DNA from: Octopus vulgaris
Lineage: Eukaryota
Direction: 5' to 3'
Assembly (NCBI GenBank): GCA_951406725.2
Contig: OX597831.1
Coordinates: 83,886,001 to 83,950,000, forward strand
DNA length: 64,000 bases
A model generated the notes under the pieces. The model was not told where the DNA came from, searched no databases, and saw only the letters and a list, made by a program, of their open reading frames with translations. Made by a program: the position numbers and the translations under genes. This document shows positions 1 to 14,921 of the stretch, piece by piece. How positions within the stretch are numbered: the first letter of the stretch is position 1; each line of letters begins with the position of its first letter.

Positions 1-330
1 GTCTTCTACTATAGCCTCTGACTGAACAAAGCCTTGTGAATGGATTTGGTAGACGGAAACTGAAAGAAGCCTGTCGTATATGTATATATACATGTGTGTG
101 TGTGTGTGTGTGTGTATCATTGTGTGTCTGTGTTTGTCCCCCCAACACCACTCGACAACCGATGCTGATGTGTTTACGTCCCTGTAACTTAGCGGTTCGG
201 CAAAAGAGACCGATAGAATAAGTACTAGGCTTACAAAGAGTAAGTCCTAGGGTCGATTTACTCGACTAGAGGTGGTGCTCCAGCATGGCTGCAGTCAAAT
301 GACTGAAACAAGTAAAAAAGAATAAAAGAA
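1..330 (+). mobile_element. tRNA-derived SINE family A (CORE-like), 5' part cut by window edge
   Basis: Matches the body and 3' tail (CCAGCATGGC..CAGTCAAATGACTGAAACAAGTAAAA) of the full copies at 21971 and 36400; internal (TG)n. Confidence 0.85.
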
Positions 331-1759
331 TTATTTACGTTCTCTGAAACCATAGATGCTACGAATATTATGGATGACAGGCTACAAATCCTAATAACTG
401 AAGCTCAAATTTTATTTTGTTGCAGGCGAAAAAATCCATCGCAAGTTTGTTGCGAATCTGAGTTTATTACAACTTTTTTTTTTTTTTGTATAGGTTTAGC
501 GGCTGAAGCATGATTTGTTAAACTAATTTTGTGAACTCGTATTTCAAAACTGTACTCTTTATGCAAAGCCTTATCGCTAGCTTATTTTGTTTCTACCGTC
601 CAATTGAATATTGTGGATCCGTTTGGCAGTAGTTTTTAAACTTTTTTCTCTACTTTGTCCATTTGCTCATTGTATAGACATGGGAAACATGGATTTTTAG
701 GACGCACACACTCGTAATCCTTCTCGACGACTACAAGATGTACAGATCTTTCTGTCGGACGAGATGGAGAAGATAGGTAGTGTCGCTGTAGAAAGTTTGG
801 AGCATACTGTACGGATAATCTTCGTGGAAATGGTTAGTTAGTTGGTAGTTCCAGGACACGGAAACAGTTAAGGCAGTGCTTTCAGGCAAATGGCCATTTG
901 TGTCTCCGATTGAGACCGACAGTCATACTTCTTCAGCTGCTAGAAGCTCGTTAGCGAAAGCATGCGATTTTTAATGGTATCTCGAGCGTACACAGGGGTT
1001 GTGCAGTTACAGACAATAAGTGGGACAATGTAAAAGCTTCGCAAACCCTATTCATGTAGTTTCAACTGTCTTTAAAGAACCGACTGAATTTCCTGAATGT
1101 TTCGTGATGGGAATGGGCAAACCAAAATGAATCATCGTGATCTTAGCTTGAGTAATTTGTTAAACATGAAATTAAGGTGGGGGTGTCTTAAATATTAGCT
1201 GATGGGCTACGCAGACCACAAATTTATGATTTGCTTGACCTATCGATATAAAATGCAACGACAGGAACCTGGTTACGGGGAAATGGATGCGTCTTTCTCG
1301 GCGCGGAATTTCCACAGCGATCGTATTAAGCAAACTAGATAAGCGTGAGTTGACGGAGGCGATAGACAACAACCAGAAGCGGAAGTCGTTTAAAGGAGAA
1401 CAATACATCGGACATAAAAAAAAAATTGAAGATACAAAGCACATAGTTATAAAAGGCGATTAGCAAAATGTATCGCGAAAGTTGCTCGCACAGTAAAACT
1501 GACGCCCAGCCATTTCTTCAACGCGAAATATTAAGTTTTCGTTGTCCGGAATAAGACGCATGTTTTAAATTCAAGAGACTGAAGGCAGTTCAATGAATCC
1601 GGACGGCGAAGCACATCAAAGCGAACAGTATGAATTTGTGTTGTTTTCAGATCTCATAATTGGATAATTTCTATTTCCAGATAATTATATTTTCTCCATC
1701 TTTTTAAACATATTTTATCAGCTGTTGAGATGGTTACGTCCATTAAGAAGTATTTCTTG

Positions 1760-2160
1760 TAGACAGTGTCTGCTCAGTTGGTCTTGATCTCTCTTTGTCT
1801 ATGGTAATTGGCACATTCCAAACTATGATAAAAGATGGTAAAGTCATACATCTTTTCTAGTGTACGCATAAACTCTCTTTTCTAGTCGTATTTCAAAGAG
1901 CTGCCATAACATCCAGAGCATAAAAACCTTCTTGACTATTCGCGGGTAAAAGGGGGAAATCAACATTAATTATATGGCACATGTGGTTCACCTTATCCAC
2001 TTCTACTGGGTCGATTTTGTTGTGCTCTATGATTTGATCTGTTTAGATTGAGAAATCCCGCAGGAATTTGTGGGTTTGGACGAAGTCTAGGGCATCCATT
2101 CACCGTTTGGGCAATGGTTCCTCCACTCTAAAACTCTATTACAAATGCGGTACAGTGAAG
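1760..2160 (-). pseudogene. Highly decayed R4/Dong-like LINE 3' fragment (RLE region)
   Basis: Minus strand reads LRDFSI*TDQIIEHNKIDPVEVDKVNHMCHIINVDFP, resembling the WDF-IQTD..RPD..IIDV RLE motif of the neighbouring copies. Confidence 0.55.
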
Positions 2161-2169
2161 ACATTTGTT

Positions 2170-2254
2170 CATTCATCATCATTACCATCATCGTCATCGT
2201 CGTCGTCGTCGTCATCGTCATCGTCAACGTCATCATCATCATCATCACCATCAC

Positions 2255-2287
<33 letters not shown>

Positions 2288-2316
2288 TATCATCATCATC
2301 ATCATCATTATTATTA

Positions 2317-2394
<78 letters not shown>
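2170..2394. repeat. (TCA/TCG)n + (TTA)n microsatellite
   Basis: Direct reading; source of the poly-S/I/H/Y ORFs. Confidence 0.95.
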
Positions 2395-2395
<1 letters not shown>

Positions 2396-3735
2396 CTCTT
2401 TCTCGCGGGTTTCGTTGGAGCTTCTCGAGTCTGGCATGCTTAGCGGGCTTACTACCTGCAGCCTATGGTACCATGCTATCCGTTCTCTTCAGCTTTCTAA
2501 TACTTTTCTGATTACTCTGGCCGTGCCAACGAGGCAAGCCTTTTGTAACAGTTCTACTGGGCACTCTGTTCCAATTTCCTTTATATTCCTCTTGATGCCT
2601 TCTGATACTATTCCCAAGGACCCAACAATAATTGGCACTATCTTCACATTCTTCATTTTCCATAGCCGGGCTATTTCTTACTTAAGAGTGTTGTATCTGT
2701 CTATCTTTTCGCCTCCCTTCTTGACTATTCGTGTGTCAAAAGGGTCATGCAGCATCAACTACATATCACATGTGGTGCATCTTGTCCACCAACACTAGGT
2801 CCGGGTTGCTATGCTATAGAACCTAATTAGTTTCGATTGGGAAATCCAAGATGATTTTCGGATTCTGTCACTCACTGAGGTTTGTGCCCATACCATGTCT
2901 TGCTTCTCTCTAGCTCCCACTTTTAACTGGTCGTGTTGCCACAACTTGTAGTGGTCTTGGGCAAGCCTAAGGCATTTGTTCGTGAGATGGGCAATGGTTT
3001 CATCCACTCTATTGCAGATGCGGCACTGCGTGGATACTTACTCATTCCCCAGGTTGTCCTTTCAATTAGCAGCCAAAGCTTGGTCCTGCGCCGCTCTCGA
3101 TCTCTTTTTTTAGGGTTCCTTTCATCAGCCAATCCCACCTATGTTTTCCAGCAACTTCTGTTGCGGCTACATGGAATTGATTGTAGTTCCTTGTTGCGTA
3201 ATTCTTTGTCGTGTCCTTTTTGTACTTCTTCCTTTGTTTTCCCTTTTCTCTCTGCTCTTAATACTCCCTTGTACCTAACTGTCACGAGCAAGGCTTCCTT
3301 ACTTTTCGGCTTGGTGTCTCATTAAGCTCTCGAGTTCGATACGCACGCAGTCTTAGCAGTCCTCTTTCTCCATTTGCTCTCTTCATGTAAAGGCGATCAG
3401 TGTCTGCACGTTGATGATGGGATCCATGCATCGTTAGGAGCTTTCTAGACTACCTGTTCACCTCCTTTAGCTCCTCTTCTGTCCACTTCAGGATTCCAGC
3501 GCCATACCGAACTACTGCGACTGCGCGCGTGTTTCTTGCCGAAATTATGTTTCGGGCATTCAGCTTTGAAGCCAATATTTTTTCTCACCTGCCACAGGTA
3601 CTCTCTTTTTGTCTTTTCCTTCATGCCATGGTGTTTGATTCCATCTGCCTCGAGTATTCCCAGGTATTTATAGCTGGATTGAGGTAGAATTGCCTTCATC
3701 ATTTCACCACACTTGGCAACCATATGCCTTCTGTT
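2395..3735 (-). mobile_element. Decayed 5'-truncated R4/Dong-clade LINE (second subfamily) flanked by (TAA)n
   Basis: Frame fragments YKYLGILE, ETIAHLTNKC and WKMKNVKIVPIIVGSLG..LLQKACLVGTARVIRKVL; several stops and frameshifts; (TAA)n on both sides. Confidence 0.85.
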
Positions 3736-3741
3736 TATTAC

Positions 3742-3810
<69 letters not shown>

Positions 3811-3818
3811 CATTATTA

Positions 3819-3873
<55 letters not shown>

Positions 3874-3881
3874 CATTATTA

Positions 3882-4002
<121 letters not shown>

Positions 4003-4005
4003 CAT

Positions 4006-6121
4006 TCTATGTTTGACTTTTGCTTTATATTTGTACAAGTTGGCTCCAAGTCTCACCCAGAGACCTCAAGAGACAACAGGGTTGGAAGTTCATGTTGTTG
4101 TTATGCCTAGTGTGCCATATATTTGGGGGGTGGGGATGTTGTACTAATGAATGTCTAAAAAGAAAAAAAAAAAAAAAAAAGGTTTTTTTTTTTTTTTTTT
4201 TTTTAAACCGAAAATTATGTTTGTTTTAAACCTTGAGATTACATAGAGAGTATTTTGCGCAGGATATGAGCAGTTCCCATGAGCACTATCTTTTGAACTT
4301 CTGCCATTTTTGGGTTTCCTGGTATCTGAGTTAGGTAGCTATCAGCCCCTTTTGCTATCATTCCCAGGGCACCTATGACAACAGGTATTGTTTTAGTCTT
4401 CAGCTTCCACATTTTGCTGATTTCTATTTCAAGATCTTTATATTTGCTCAGTTTTTGGTAGGTCTTGACAGATACGTTTATATCGATTGGGACAGTCATA
4501 TCAATGAGGAGGCATGTTCTTTGTTTGAAGTTTTTCAATATGATGTCTGGCCTATTTGCATCTATCTTCCTGTCAGTTTGAATGGTGAAGTTCCAGAGGA
4601 GTGAGATGTGGTCATTTTCAAGCACTGGGGGTGGTTTGTGTTCCCACCAGTTTTTTTCATGGGGCAAATCCAGGTTTTTACAGATTACCCAGTGAATATA
4701 TTGTGCAGCTCTATCGTGCCTGTTGAGATACTCTGTAGGCGCTAGAAGACTGCACTTGGAGACCACATGGTCAATGGTTTCATTTTGTTGCTTGCATACA
4801 CGACACGTTGGACTGCTTCTGATCTTTAATATGTTGGCCTGGTAGTTTCTTGTTGGTAGGCATTGATCTTGAGCTGCTATGATAAACCCCTCTGTTTCAG
4901 ATTTTAAGCCAGAGGCCATTAGCCATTGATGGGTCAGGGCTTTGTCGATATCTGCATTATTCGCTCTCTTTGGGTATTTGCCATAGAGAGGTTTTTCTTG
5001 CCATTTATTATTCAGAATATCTAAGGCCGCAGTTTTGGCACGGGTTTTCATGCGCCTAGCTTTTTCTGTGCTTGTTTCTTGTATATCTATCTCCGAAATT
5101 GGTTGTATTCGGAATTCACTTAGATATTCCTTTGCCTGTATTGTGACTGAGTATGATGCTTTCTTGTTTTCATGTTTTGAGACAAGTTTTAGCATCCAGT
5201 CCTCAGAGTTTTTCAGGTAGGTGTCTAGGCCAATTGTAGCAATCTTCATTGTTATTGCCAGTTGCAAAAGACCACGGCCTCCCTCTTTTCTTGGCAGATA
5301 GAGTCGTTCTGTATCTGCCTTAGGGTGGTGCATTCTATGCATTGTCAACAGTTTCCTTATTTTTCTGTCGAGCTGACATATTTCAGTAATTGACCAGTTA
5401 ACAATATTGAAACTGTAAGTCACGACTGGTATAGCTAATGCATTGATTGCTTCGATCCTGTTTCTTGCATTCAGCTCTGTCTTGAGTATTGCTCTCACTC
5501 TTCGATAGCATTCTCTCCTGATCCTTTCCTTCATCTCTGAATGCCTTATTCCGTTCCCTTCAATTATCCCTAGGTACTTGTAGCTCTCCGCTGGGTCTAG
5601 TTCTTTTATGACATTCTGTTGGTCAAGGTTAACGTTAGATGTTTCTGTCATTTTTCCTTTGATAAAGGTAGCCTTTGCACATTTATCGAGGCCGAATTGC
5701 ATTCTGATGTCGTCACTGAATTGTTTGACTATCGCTAGTAAGCCCTTGAGTTGTTGATCATTTTTTGCAAAAAGCTTTAAATCATCCATGTAAACGAGAT
5801 GATTTATATTTTTATCAAACATTTTATACCCGTACTGCGCGTCATTGAGCAGCTTTGAGAGAGGTATTAAGGATAAACAAAAGAGGAGTGGTGACAGTGA
5901 GTCACCCTGGAAAATGCCACACGAAATTTTTACATCACCAGCATTTAGGAATTCACTGTCACTGTTCAGAGTTAGTGTGGTTCTCCATGATCTCATACTT
6001 ACAGTCAAGAAGTTTCGCAGAGTTGGTGCTATCTTATACATTTCAAGGCATTTTCTAATCCAGCTATGTGGTAGGCTATCAAAAGCCTTTTTATAGTCTA
6101 TCCAGGCTATTGATAAGTTTT
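4006..6121 (-). mobile_element. Young 5'-truncated R4/Dong-clade non-LTR retrotransposon in (TAA)n
   Basis: Open RT-ZnF-RLE frame plus 3' UTR ending ..GTCAAACATAGA-(AAT)n; 5' junction fused to (AAT)n. Confidence 0.93.
4239..6041 (-). CDS. R4/Dong ORF, C-terminal ~600 aa: RT (GIFQGDSLSP, YMDDLKL, YKYLG), CCHC finger (CRVC..H..C), restriction-like endonuclease (RHD, RPD..IDM..K..KY)
   Basis: Motifs read in the ORF track. The frame stays open upstream to ~6120 (LSIAWIDYKKAFDS), so the ATG is internal. Confidence 0.92.
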   Translation of the reverse strand: MYKIAPTLRNFLTVSMRSWRTTLTLNSDSEFLNAGDVKISCGIFQGDSLSPLLFCLSLIPLSKLLNDAQYGYKMFDKNINHLVYMDDLKLFAKNDQQLKGLLAIVKQFSDDIRMQFGLDKCAKATFIKGKMTETSNVNLDQQNVIKELDPAESYKYLGIIEGNGIRHSEMKERIRRECYRRVRAILKTELNARNRIEAINALAIPVVTYSFNIVNWSITEICQLDRKIRKLLTMHRMHHPKADTERLYLPRKEGGRGLLQLAITMKIATIGLDTYLKNSEDWMLKLVSKHENKKASYSVTIQAKEYLSEFRIQPISEIDIQETSTEKARRMKTRAKTAALDILNNKWQEKPLYGKYPKRANNADIDKALTHQWLMASGLKSETEGFIIAAQDQCLPTRNYQANILKIRSSPTCRVCKQQNETIDHVVSKCSLLAPTEYLNRHDRAAQYIHWVICKNLDLPHEKNWWEHKPPPVLENDHISLLWNFTIQTDRKIDANRPDIILKNFKQRTCLLIDMTVPIDINVSVKTYQKLSKYKDLEIEISKMWKLKTKTIPVVIGALGMIAKGADSYLTQIPGNPKMAEVQKIVLMGTAHILRKILSM

Positions 6122-6126
6122 TATTA

Positions 6127-6160
<34 letters not shown>

Positions 6161-6183
6161 CATTATTATTATTATTATTATTA

Positions 6184-8733
<2,550 letters not shown>

Positions 8734-8810
8734 GTGTGTGTGTGCATGTGTATGTGTTTGTGCGTGCGTGTTTGTGTGAGTATGTATGTGTGCATATATA
8801 TATATGTATA

Positions 8811-9024
8811 TACTCTTTTGCTCTTTTACTTGTTTCAGTCATTTGACTGCGGTCATGCTGGAGCACCGCTTTTAGTCGAGCAAATCGACCCTCAGGACTT
8901 ATTCAAGGCTTTGGTCGGCCGGGGCTATAATAGAAGTCACTTCCCCAAAGTGCCATGCAATGGTACTGAACCCTGAACCGTGTGGCTGGTAAGCAAGCTA
9001 CTTACCACACAGCCACTCCTGCGC

Positions 9025-9026
<2 letters not shown>
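8811..9026 (-). mobile_element. SINE family A, internally deleted copy
   Basis: tRNA head (GGCGCAGGAGTGGCTGTGTGGTAAG, B-box GGGTTCAGTACC) joined directly to the 3' tail; same deletion as 14610-14823. Confidence 0.85.
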
Positions 9027-9067
<41 letters not shown>

Positions 9068-9088
9068 CATGTAAGTATGTATCTATGT

Positions 9089-9129
<41 letters not shown>

Positions 9130-9132
<3 letters not shown>

Positions 9133-10226
9133 ACAATTGAGGGTAAAATTAATTAAATAATCAATTTCACCAAGTGTTCAGTATGTAAAAGGACCATTTA
9201 AGGCGAATTCAAAATATTACATTATATAATTAGGGCTTAGTAAAATAAATTACTTTGCCACATACTGAACTTAGTAGAAATAGCAGCCAAAAAAAATTTT
9301 CTTAGCATTTCTACTACTTAAAGAAAATTTCTCTCAGATAATGTTTACTCTAGACAGCTCACGAAGGTTTGGGGGTAAATACAGAAAAATATCACAAGTA
9401 CATAGATCGTTTGAGTACGTCAACGTTTCAAGATTAGCCAAATAAATCAGCATTTCTTTCGTCAGCTCAAAATTTCTTAATTTGGATTTGGAAACACTAA
9501 AAGAAGGAACTTTACCTATCAGCGAACTTGTCGCTTCAGATGAACCACTCCAACTAAACAGTGTCAACAAATTCAAAATGCGCAGGCGTAAAATTCTGCA
9601 CTCCCCATTCCACCCACGTGGTCTATCTAGCAAACATTATATTTTAACCGCGAGAACCGAGGCAGTATGACCGAGAGAAATGAATTATAATATCAACAAT
9701 TGAGGGTAAAATTAATTAAATAATCAATTTCACCAAGTGTTCAGTATGTAAAAGGACCATTTAAGGCGAATTCAAAATATTACATTATATAATTAGGGCT
9801 TAGTAAAATAAATTACTTTGCCACATACTGAACTTAGTAGAAATAGCAGCCAAAAAAATTTTCTTAGCATTTCTACTACTTAAAGAAAATTTCTCTCAGA
9901 TAATGTTTACTCTAGACAGCTCACGAAGGTTTGGGGGTAAATACAGAAAAATATCACAAGTACATAGATCGTTTGAGTACGTCAACGTTTCAAGATTAGC
10001 CAAATAAATCAGCATTTCTTTCGTCAGCTCAAAATTTCTCGGTTCTCGCGGTTAAAATATAATGTTTGCTAGATAGACCACGTGGGTGGAATGGGGAGTG
10101 CAGAATTTTACGCCTGCGCATTTTGAATTTGTTGACACTGTTTAGTTGGAGTGGTTCATCTGAAGCGACAAGTTCGCTGATAGGTAAAGTTCCTTCTTTT
10201 TAGTGTTTCCAAATCCAAATTAAGAA
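9130..10226 (-). mobile_element. Retrozyme-like element: ~563-bp unit x1.6 plus inverted segment (10038-10226), 3' end in (TA)n
   Basis: Direct repeat starting 9131 and 9694; 10038-10226 is the reverse complement of ~9474-9661; one HHR per unit. Confidence 0.85.
9410..9471 (-). ncRNA. Type I hammerhead ribozyme (second copy 9972-10033)
   Basis: tttgag CTGACGA aaga..tctt GAA ACGT tg ACGT A ctcaaa: 6-bp stem I, canonical core, stem II, stem III, GUA site. Confidence 0.85.
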
Positions 10227-10254
10227 AGAGTGTGGTTGTTACTTTCTGTTGCTT

Positions 10255-10556
10255 CCTTTCAGCACGTAAAAAAAAAACGTGGCCGTTTTCAGCGCCACCT
10301 TGACTGGCTTCTGTGCCGGTGGCACGTAAAAAGCACCATCCGATCGTTGCCGCTGCCAGCCCCCCTGGTACCTGTGCCGGCGGCACAAAAAAGCACCCAC
10401 TACACTCAGAGTGGTTGGCGTTAGGAAGGTCATCCACCTGTAGAAACACTGCCAGATCAGACTGTAGCCTGGTGCAGCCTCCTGGCTTCCCAGACCCCGG
10501 TCAAACTGTCCAACCCGTGCTAGCATGGAAAACGGACGTTAAACGATGATGATGAT
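10255..10556 (+). mobile_element. SINE/RTE-related non-autonomous element 3' part with (GAT)n tail
   Basis: Internal TGCCGG(T/C)GGCAC..AAAAAGCACC repeats, GGCGTTAGGAAGG.CATCCA motif, tail GGACGTTAAACGATGATGATGAT. Confidence 0.6.
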
Positions 10557-11364
10557 TCTCCCTCTTTGTTTCTCTCTCCTTTCTCTCTCACTTTCCCACT
10601 CTCTTACTTTTCTTTCACTCGGACTCTCCCTCGCTTTCTATTACTCTCTATCTTTATCTATCTCTCTCCCATTTATAAACAACAAAAGATCTTGAGTAAG
10701 TTGAGAAATAAAATATTTAGAAAGATCAATCATAAATATCAGGCAGTGGCAACGGAAAGGTCTGCTTCAAGGCAGACAGCAAAACGCTAACATTTAAAAG
10801 GGACAGACGAACTTGCGAGCTGAATAAAAATAATAAAATATTGGAGACCAAAGTTTGAAGGGATTGAATCTGAGGATAGTAGAGTCACCATGGCTGGCAT
10901 TTCTTAACGACGAACAGCAACGTATTGACAGTTTAACGACTGGCGTAAAATTTTGAACTTGATGTAAAAGAAAATTCGTAAACACCAAGTTTTGAAGTGA
11001 TTCTTTCTCACGACAGTAGACTCACCATAGCAAGCATTCAAAACTTCTTCATCGTGGACGGCAACACATTGACGATTAAAAGGCTGGCGCAAATTTTTTA
11101 GCTTGATGTAACAGAGAATTCCTAAACACTCGCTCATTTAAATTTTAATCCCCTTCCAGCCCCATTTAGATCCCTTTTCACATTTTGGTTAATATAACCC
11201 GATTTCATTCGGGTGCACTGGGGTCACATTTTATAAGATGAGGTTTTTGTCCTAGAGGTCACGCCTTTCATTTGAGGAAAAAAATAGTTGTCATGCAAAC
11301 TTGCCAGCACTTTTAACATAGGTGTGCATATTTTCAGCTGAACCGACCGACCACATAATGAACA

Positions 11365-12247
11365 CATTATATATTAATAAATGAAATAAAACATATGCAT
11401 ATATATAAACATATATGTACGTACCTACCTCTACATGTACATATACACGCATATATGAGTACAGGACACCAAAGGGACGTCGAACACAAAGAGAAACGAA
11501 AACATAGACACAAACCAAAGGAACTGGACATTTTTTTAAAAACAACAAAAAATGGAGTACAGGACAATTAACACAAAGAAAAAACCCCTTCTTCAGTCGC
11601 TATGGTTTCATCTACTCTACGTTTCGAAGGCTAAAAGCGAGACGTATCTTCGACAAGAAACTTTCCTTCCTGCGAAAAGCAAATCAATTAAAATTCTGAG
11701 ATCTTTTCGCAGAGGGGTAAAAAATGGTAAAAAAATGGTAAAAAAACAGGACAGTAACGACAGTACAAAATATAAACAGTAAAAACAGGGAAAAACAAGA
11801 TAAGAAGGGCTGTTGACGCCGAACGAAAAAAGTATTGCAAATGCAGAATTTTTTGTGAACGACAGGGGAGCAGGAAGAATGTCGTCCAGTTACCTTGAAA
11901 GGCCAGGCCAGAAAGACAGTCAGAGCGGAAGTATCGTCGCGGGTGGACGACGGGAAGGGGGAGGTGGAGCAAGAGGAAGGGAGAGAAGAAGGGGAATGGC
12001 TGCGAGGAAACCATGAAGAATGGTGAGGGGGAGAGAGAGAGTGAAGAATGAAAGAGAGAGGAAGAGACAAGTTAAGTAGAGGAAAAAGAAAATCAAAGAA
12101 TAGGGATGGGACAGAAAGGTGAAGAGTGCGCGTCAGAGTTAATATCAAGACCAAAACTTGATATACAGAACAATCTTACTTAAGGGGGTGCGTGCGTTTT
12201 GTCATATAATATATTAATAAATGAAATAAAACATATGCATATATATA

Positions 12248-12256
<9 letters not shown>
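11365..12256 (-). mobile_element. ~840-bp non-autonomous PLE-type element (family X) with terminal direct repeat, carrying a permuted hammerhead
   Basis: ATATTAATAAATGAAATAAAACATATGCATATATATAAACATATAT at ~11370 and ~12210; CT-rich sense-strand tract; abuts (TA)n. Confidence 0.65.
11584..11718 (-). ncRNA. Candidate non-circularly permuted hammerhead ribozyme (family X)
   Basis: TACGT C TCGCT..CCTTC GAA ACGTA..AGCGA CTGAAGA: stem III TACGT/ACGTA, GUC site, stem I TCGCT/AGCGA. Confidence 0.65.
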
Positions 12257-12304
<48 letters not shown>

Positions 12305-13429
12305 GTGTGTGTGTGTGTGTTGGAGTCTCTCTCATACGTGAGCGTTGACGCTGAATTCGACTGGTAAGCAGGTAACCTTGTCTTTGTTGAAATAGTTGTG
12401 AGCTGCTGTAGTTATTTCTCTGACGGGTAATAGGAATTTCCATATCCTCCGAGGAAACGAACTGTTGACCCAGACTGTCATGTTTATAAATAAATACATT
12501 TCAATCCATGTTCTGTTTAAACTTTATAAATAAATATATTCTTGCATTATTCATTATTGTTTTTAAAAAAGAAATCACACCAAATCTGCACAAATGACCA
12601 CCACCACCGCGATCACATACACCAATCAAAAATTTAAATAATTTAAATTTTTCAATTTTATATGGGCTACCTTAGAAATATACATGTGTATACATTACAC
12701 ATGTATATATATGTATACACATGTATATATACATATGTATGTATATATATATATACATGTATAGATACATCTTTAATTAAACTATTGACCGCCTTAAAAC
12801 GGATTTCAACAGACAAATATTACTATAATGGAGAATTAAATGTATTTATTTATAAACTTTAAACTGAACTTCAATTGTTTTATAAACCTAACAGCATGGT
12901 GGTACGTAAATAAACGGCGTAAATTAACGAAGGTATAAACCTGACGTAAATACACGAAGTTGACGTACTTTCACTTCTGACAGCTAATAGCATGACAGTG
13001 CCTTAATTTTAATAAAAGCATCAATTTAAGAAAAAATAATAAAGTAGTTAAAAATGAAAATTTAGCACGAAAAATTTGCAGGGTTCTAAATAAATGTTAA
13101 AATGTAATAGATACGAAAAACCTACGTTATCACCAATTTGTTTTAAAATATATATAACTATCAAAAAGTATTAAAAAGTTTAATATACATAAATACAGAT
13201 ATATACACTTTGTATATATACATTATATATACATATTTATATATCGAACACACACACACACACATATATAAATGAACGCAATGAATATCTGATTCATAAT
13301 ATTTGTTCTCGTGATTGTGTGTTGATGGTGACATGTGGCGATGATAATTCTCCCTATGAATGCAGACAGATACATCAATGAACGCCGTCTGACGAACTTT
13401 ACATTAAATAACGGGAGTGGATTTGTCAA

Positions 13430-13654
13430 AGTTATAAATAAAGGGGAGTTAGAGGGGAATGTAGGAAATAGCGTGAGTGAGGAAGATGGCCCCTAGCAAT
13501 CACACCTTTTATGATAGGGATTTCTAAGGTTACCCACGGGCATCGTCACCTCATTCTACATGTCCCTGTAAATTTTGGAGCGAAGCGGACGGGACGTAGT
13601 GGCATTGAAAGCGAGCCAAGCAGTAAAAACGCATTTCAGTTTTATATATAGAGA

Positions 13655-13657
<3 letters not shown>
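13430..13657 (-). mobile_element. Probable non-autonomous Helitron 5' portion
   Basis: Minus strand starts A|TCTTCTCTATATATAAAA, like the 5' ends of the complete Helitrons here; no 3' CTAG end identified. Confidence 0.4.
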
Positions 13658-13689
<32 letters not shown>

Positions 13690-13704
13690 TAAAAAATGGA
13701 CCCA

Positions 13705-13747
<43 letters not shown>

Positions 13748-14298
13748 CACCCACATATATATATTATACACCCACACACCCACATATTTATTATTAATGC
13801 TATTACCAGTGGTTTTCTTCTCTCTTGCTATTTTGTCCTTCAGTACACTTTTTCCTTTTTTTCCTTTTTTTCTTGCTTATTATTATTATTATTTTTTTTT
13901 TTTTTGCAGAACTGTTTCCAACTTTCCCAACAGCCGTGCAATCAGGCTGTCACTCACTCATCCCCCTACATTCATTGACTGTTTGACTCATATTACGGAT
14001 GTCGAACCTTCTAAACCATTGTGTAGAAATGTCATTTTGTCAGCAACAAACATTTAAAGTTAAGAAACTAAACTAAAATAAAATAAATTGAAACTGAAAG
14101 TTTGGTGGCATTTAATGTTTTACTTCAATCTCATTATCTCCGCTTCTAACCGACTGTTTGCAAAAAGGAAGCACTCATTAAACAATTTTGTCCTAAATAT
14201 ACTATGTGGGTGTGTGGGCGTATAATATATATATGTGGGTGTATAATATATATATGTGTGTGTGTGTGTACATAGATACATACATACATACATACATG

Positions 14299-14392
<94 letters not shown>

Positions 14393-14395
<3 letters not shown>

Positions 14396-14559
14396 TATTA
14401 GCCAGCGGGGTGGCGTCATTCGAGCTAAAACAATGCGAACGCATTAGCCAGCGGGGTGGCGTCATTCACGAAGGCTAAAACAATGCGAACCCTCACCCGA
14501 CATTGATGACCAGCGATGTGTATACAACATCTGATGGTTCTGGTCGGTCACGTGACCGT

Positions 14560-14566
<7 letters not shown>
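14393..14566 (+). mobile_element. Short structured element inserted in (TA)n (related copy 33178-33293)
   Basis: TTAGCCAGCGGGGTGG..GCTAAAACAATGCGAAC..GACCAGCGATGT..ACATCTGATGG..CTGGTCGGTCACGTGA at both loci. Confidence 0.7.
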
Positions 14567-14609
<43 letters not shown>

Positions 14610-14612
<3 letters not shown>

Positions 14613-14823
14613 CGCAGGAGTGGCTGTGTGGTAAGTAGCTTGCTTACCAGCCACACGGTTCAGGGTTCAGTACCACTGCATGGCACTTTGGGGAAGTGAC
14701 TTCTATTGTAGCCCCGGCCGACCAAAGCCTTGAATAAGTCCTGAGGGTCGATTTGCTCGACTAAAGGCAGTGCTCCAGCATGACCGCAGTCAAATGACTG
14801 AAACAAGTAAAAGAGTAAAAGAG
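14610..14823 (+). mobile_element. SINE family A, internally deleted copy (inverted twin of 8811-9026)
   Basis: Near-identical reverse complement, including the deletion junction. Confidence 0.85.
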
Positions 14824-14886
14824 TATATACATATACATATATATGCACACATACATACTCACACAAACACGCACGCACAAACACAT

Positions 14887-14921
<35 letters not shown>

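Noticed and set aside
340-1700. Non-repetitive block with an RPIEYCGSVW-like string near 596-625
   Set aside because: Too short and stop-ridden to call; possibly an old LINE or other transposon relic; no convincing exon.
12410-12475. CTGACGG..GAAAC..GTT hammerhead-like string
   Set aside because: Stems I and II do not pair; at best a heavily decayed relic.
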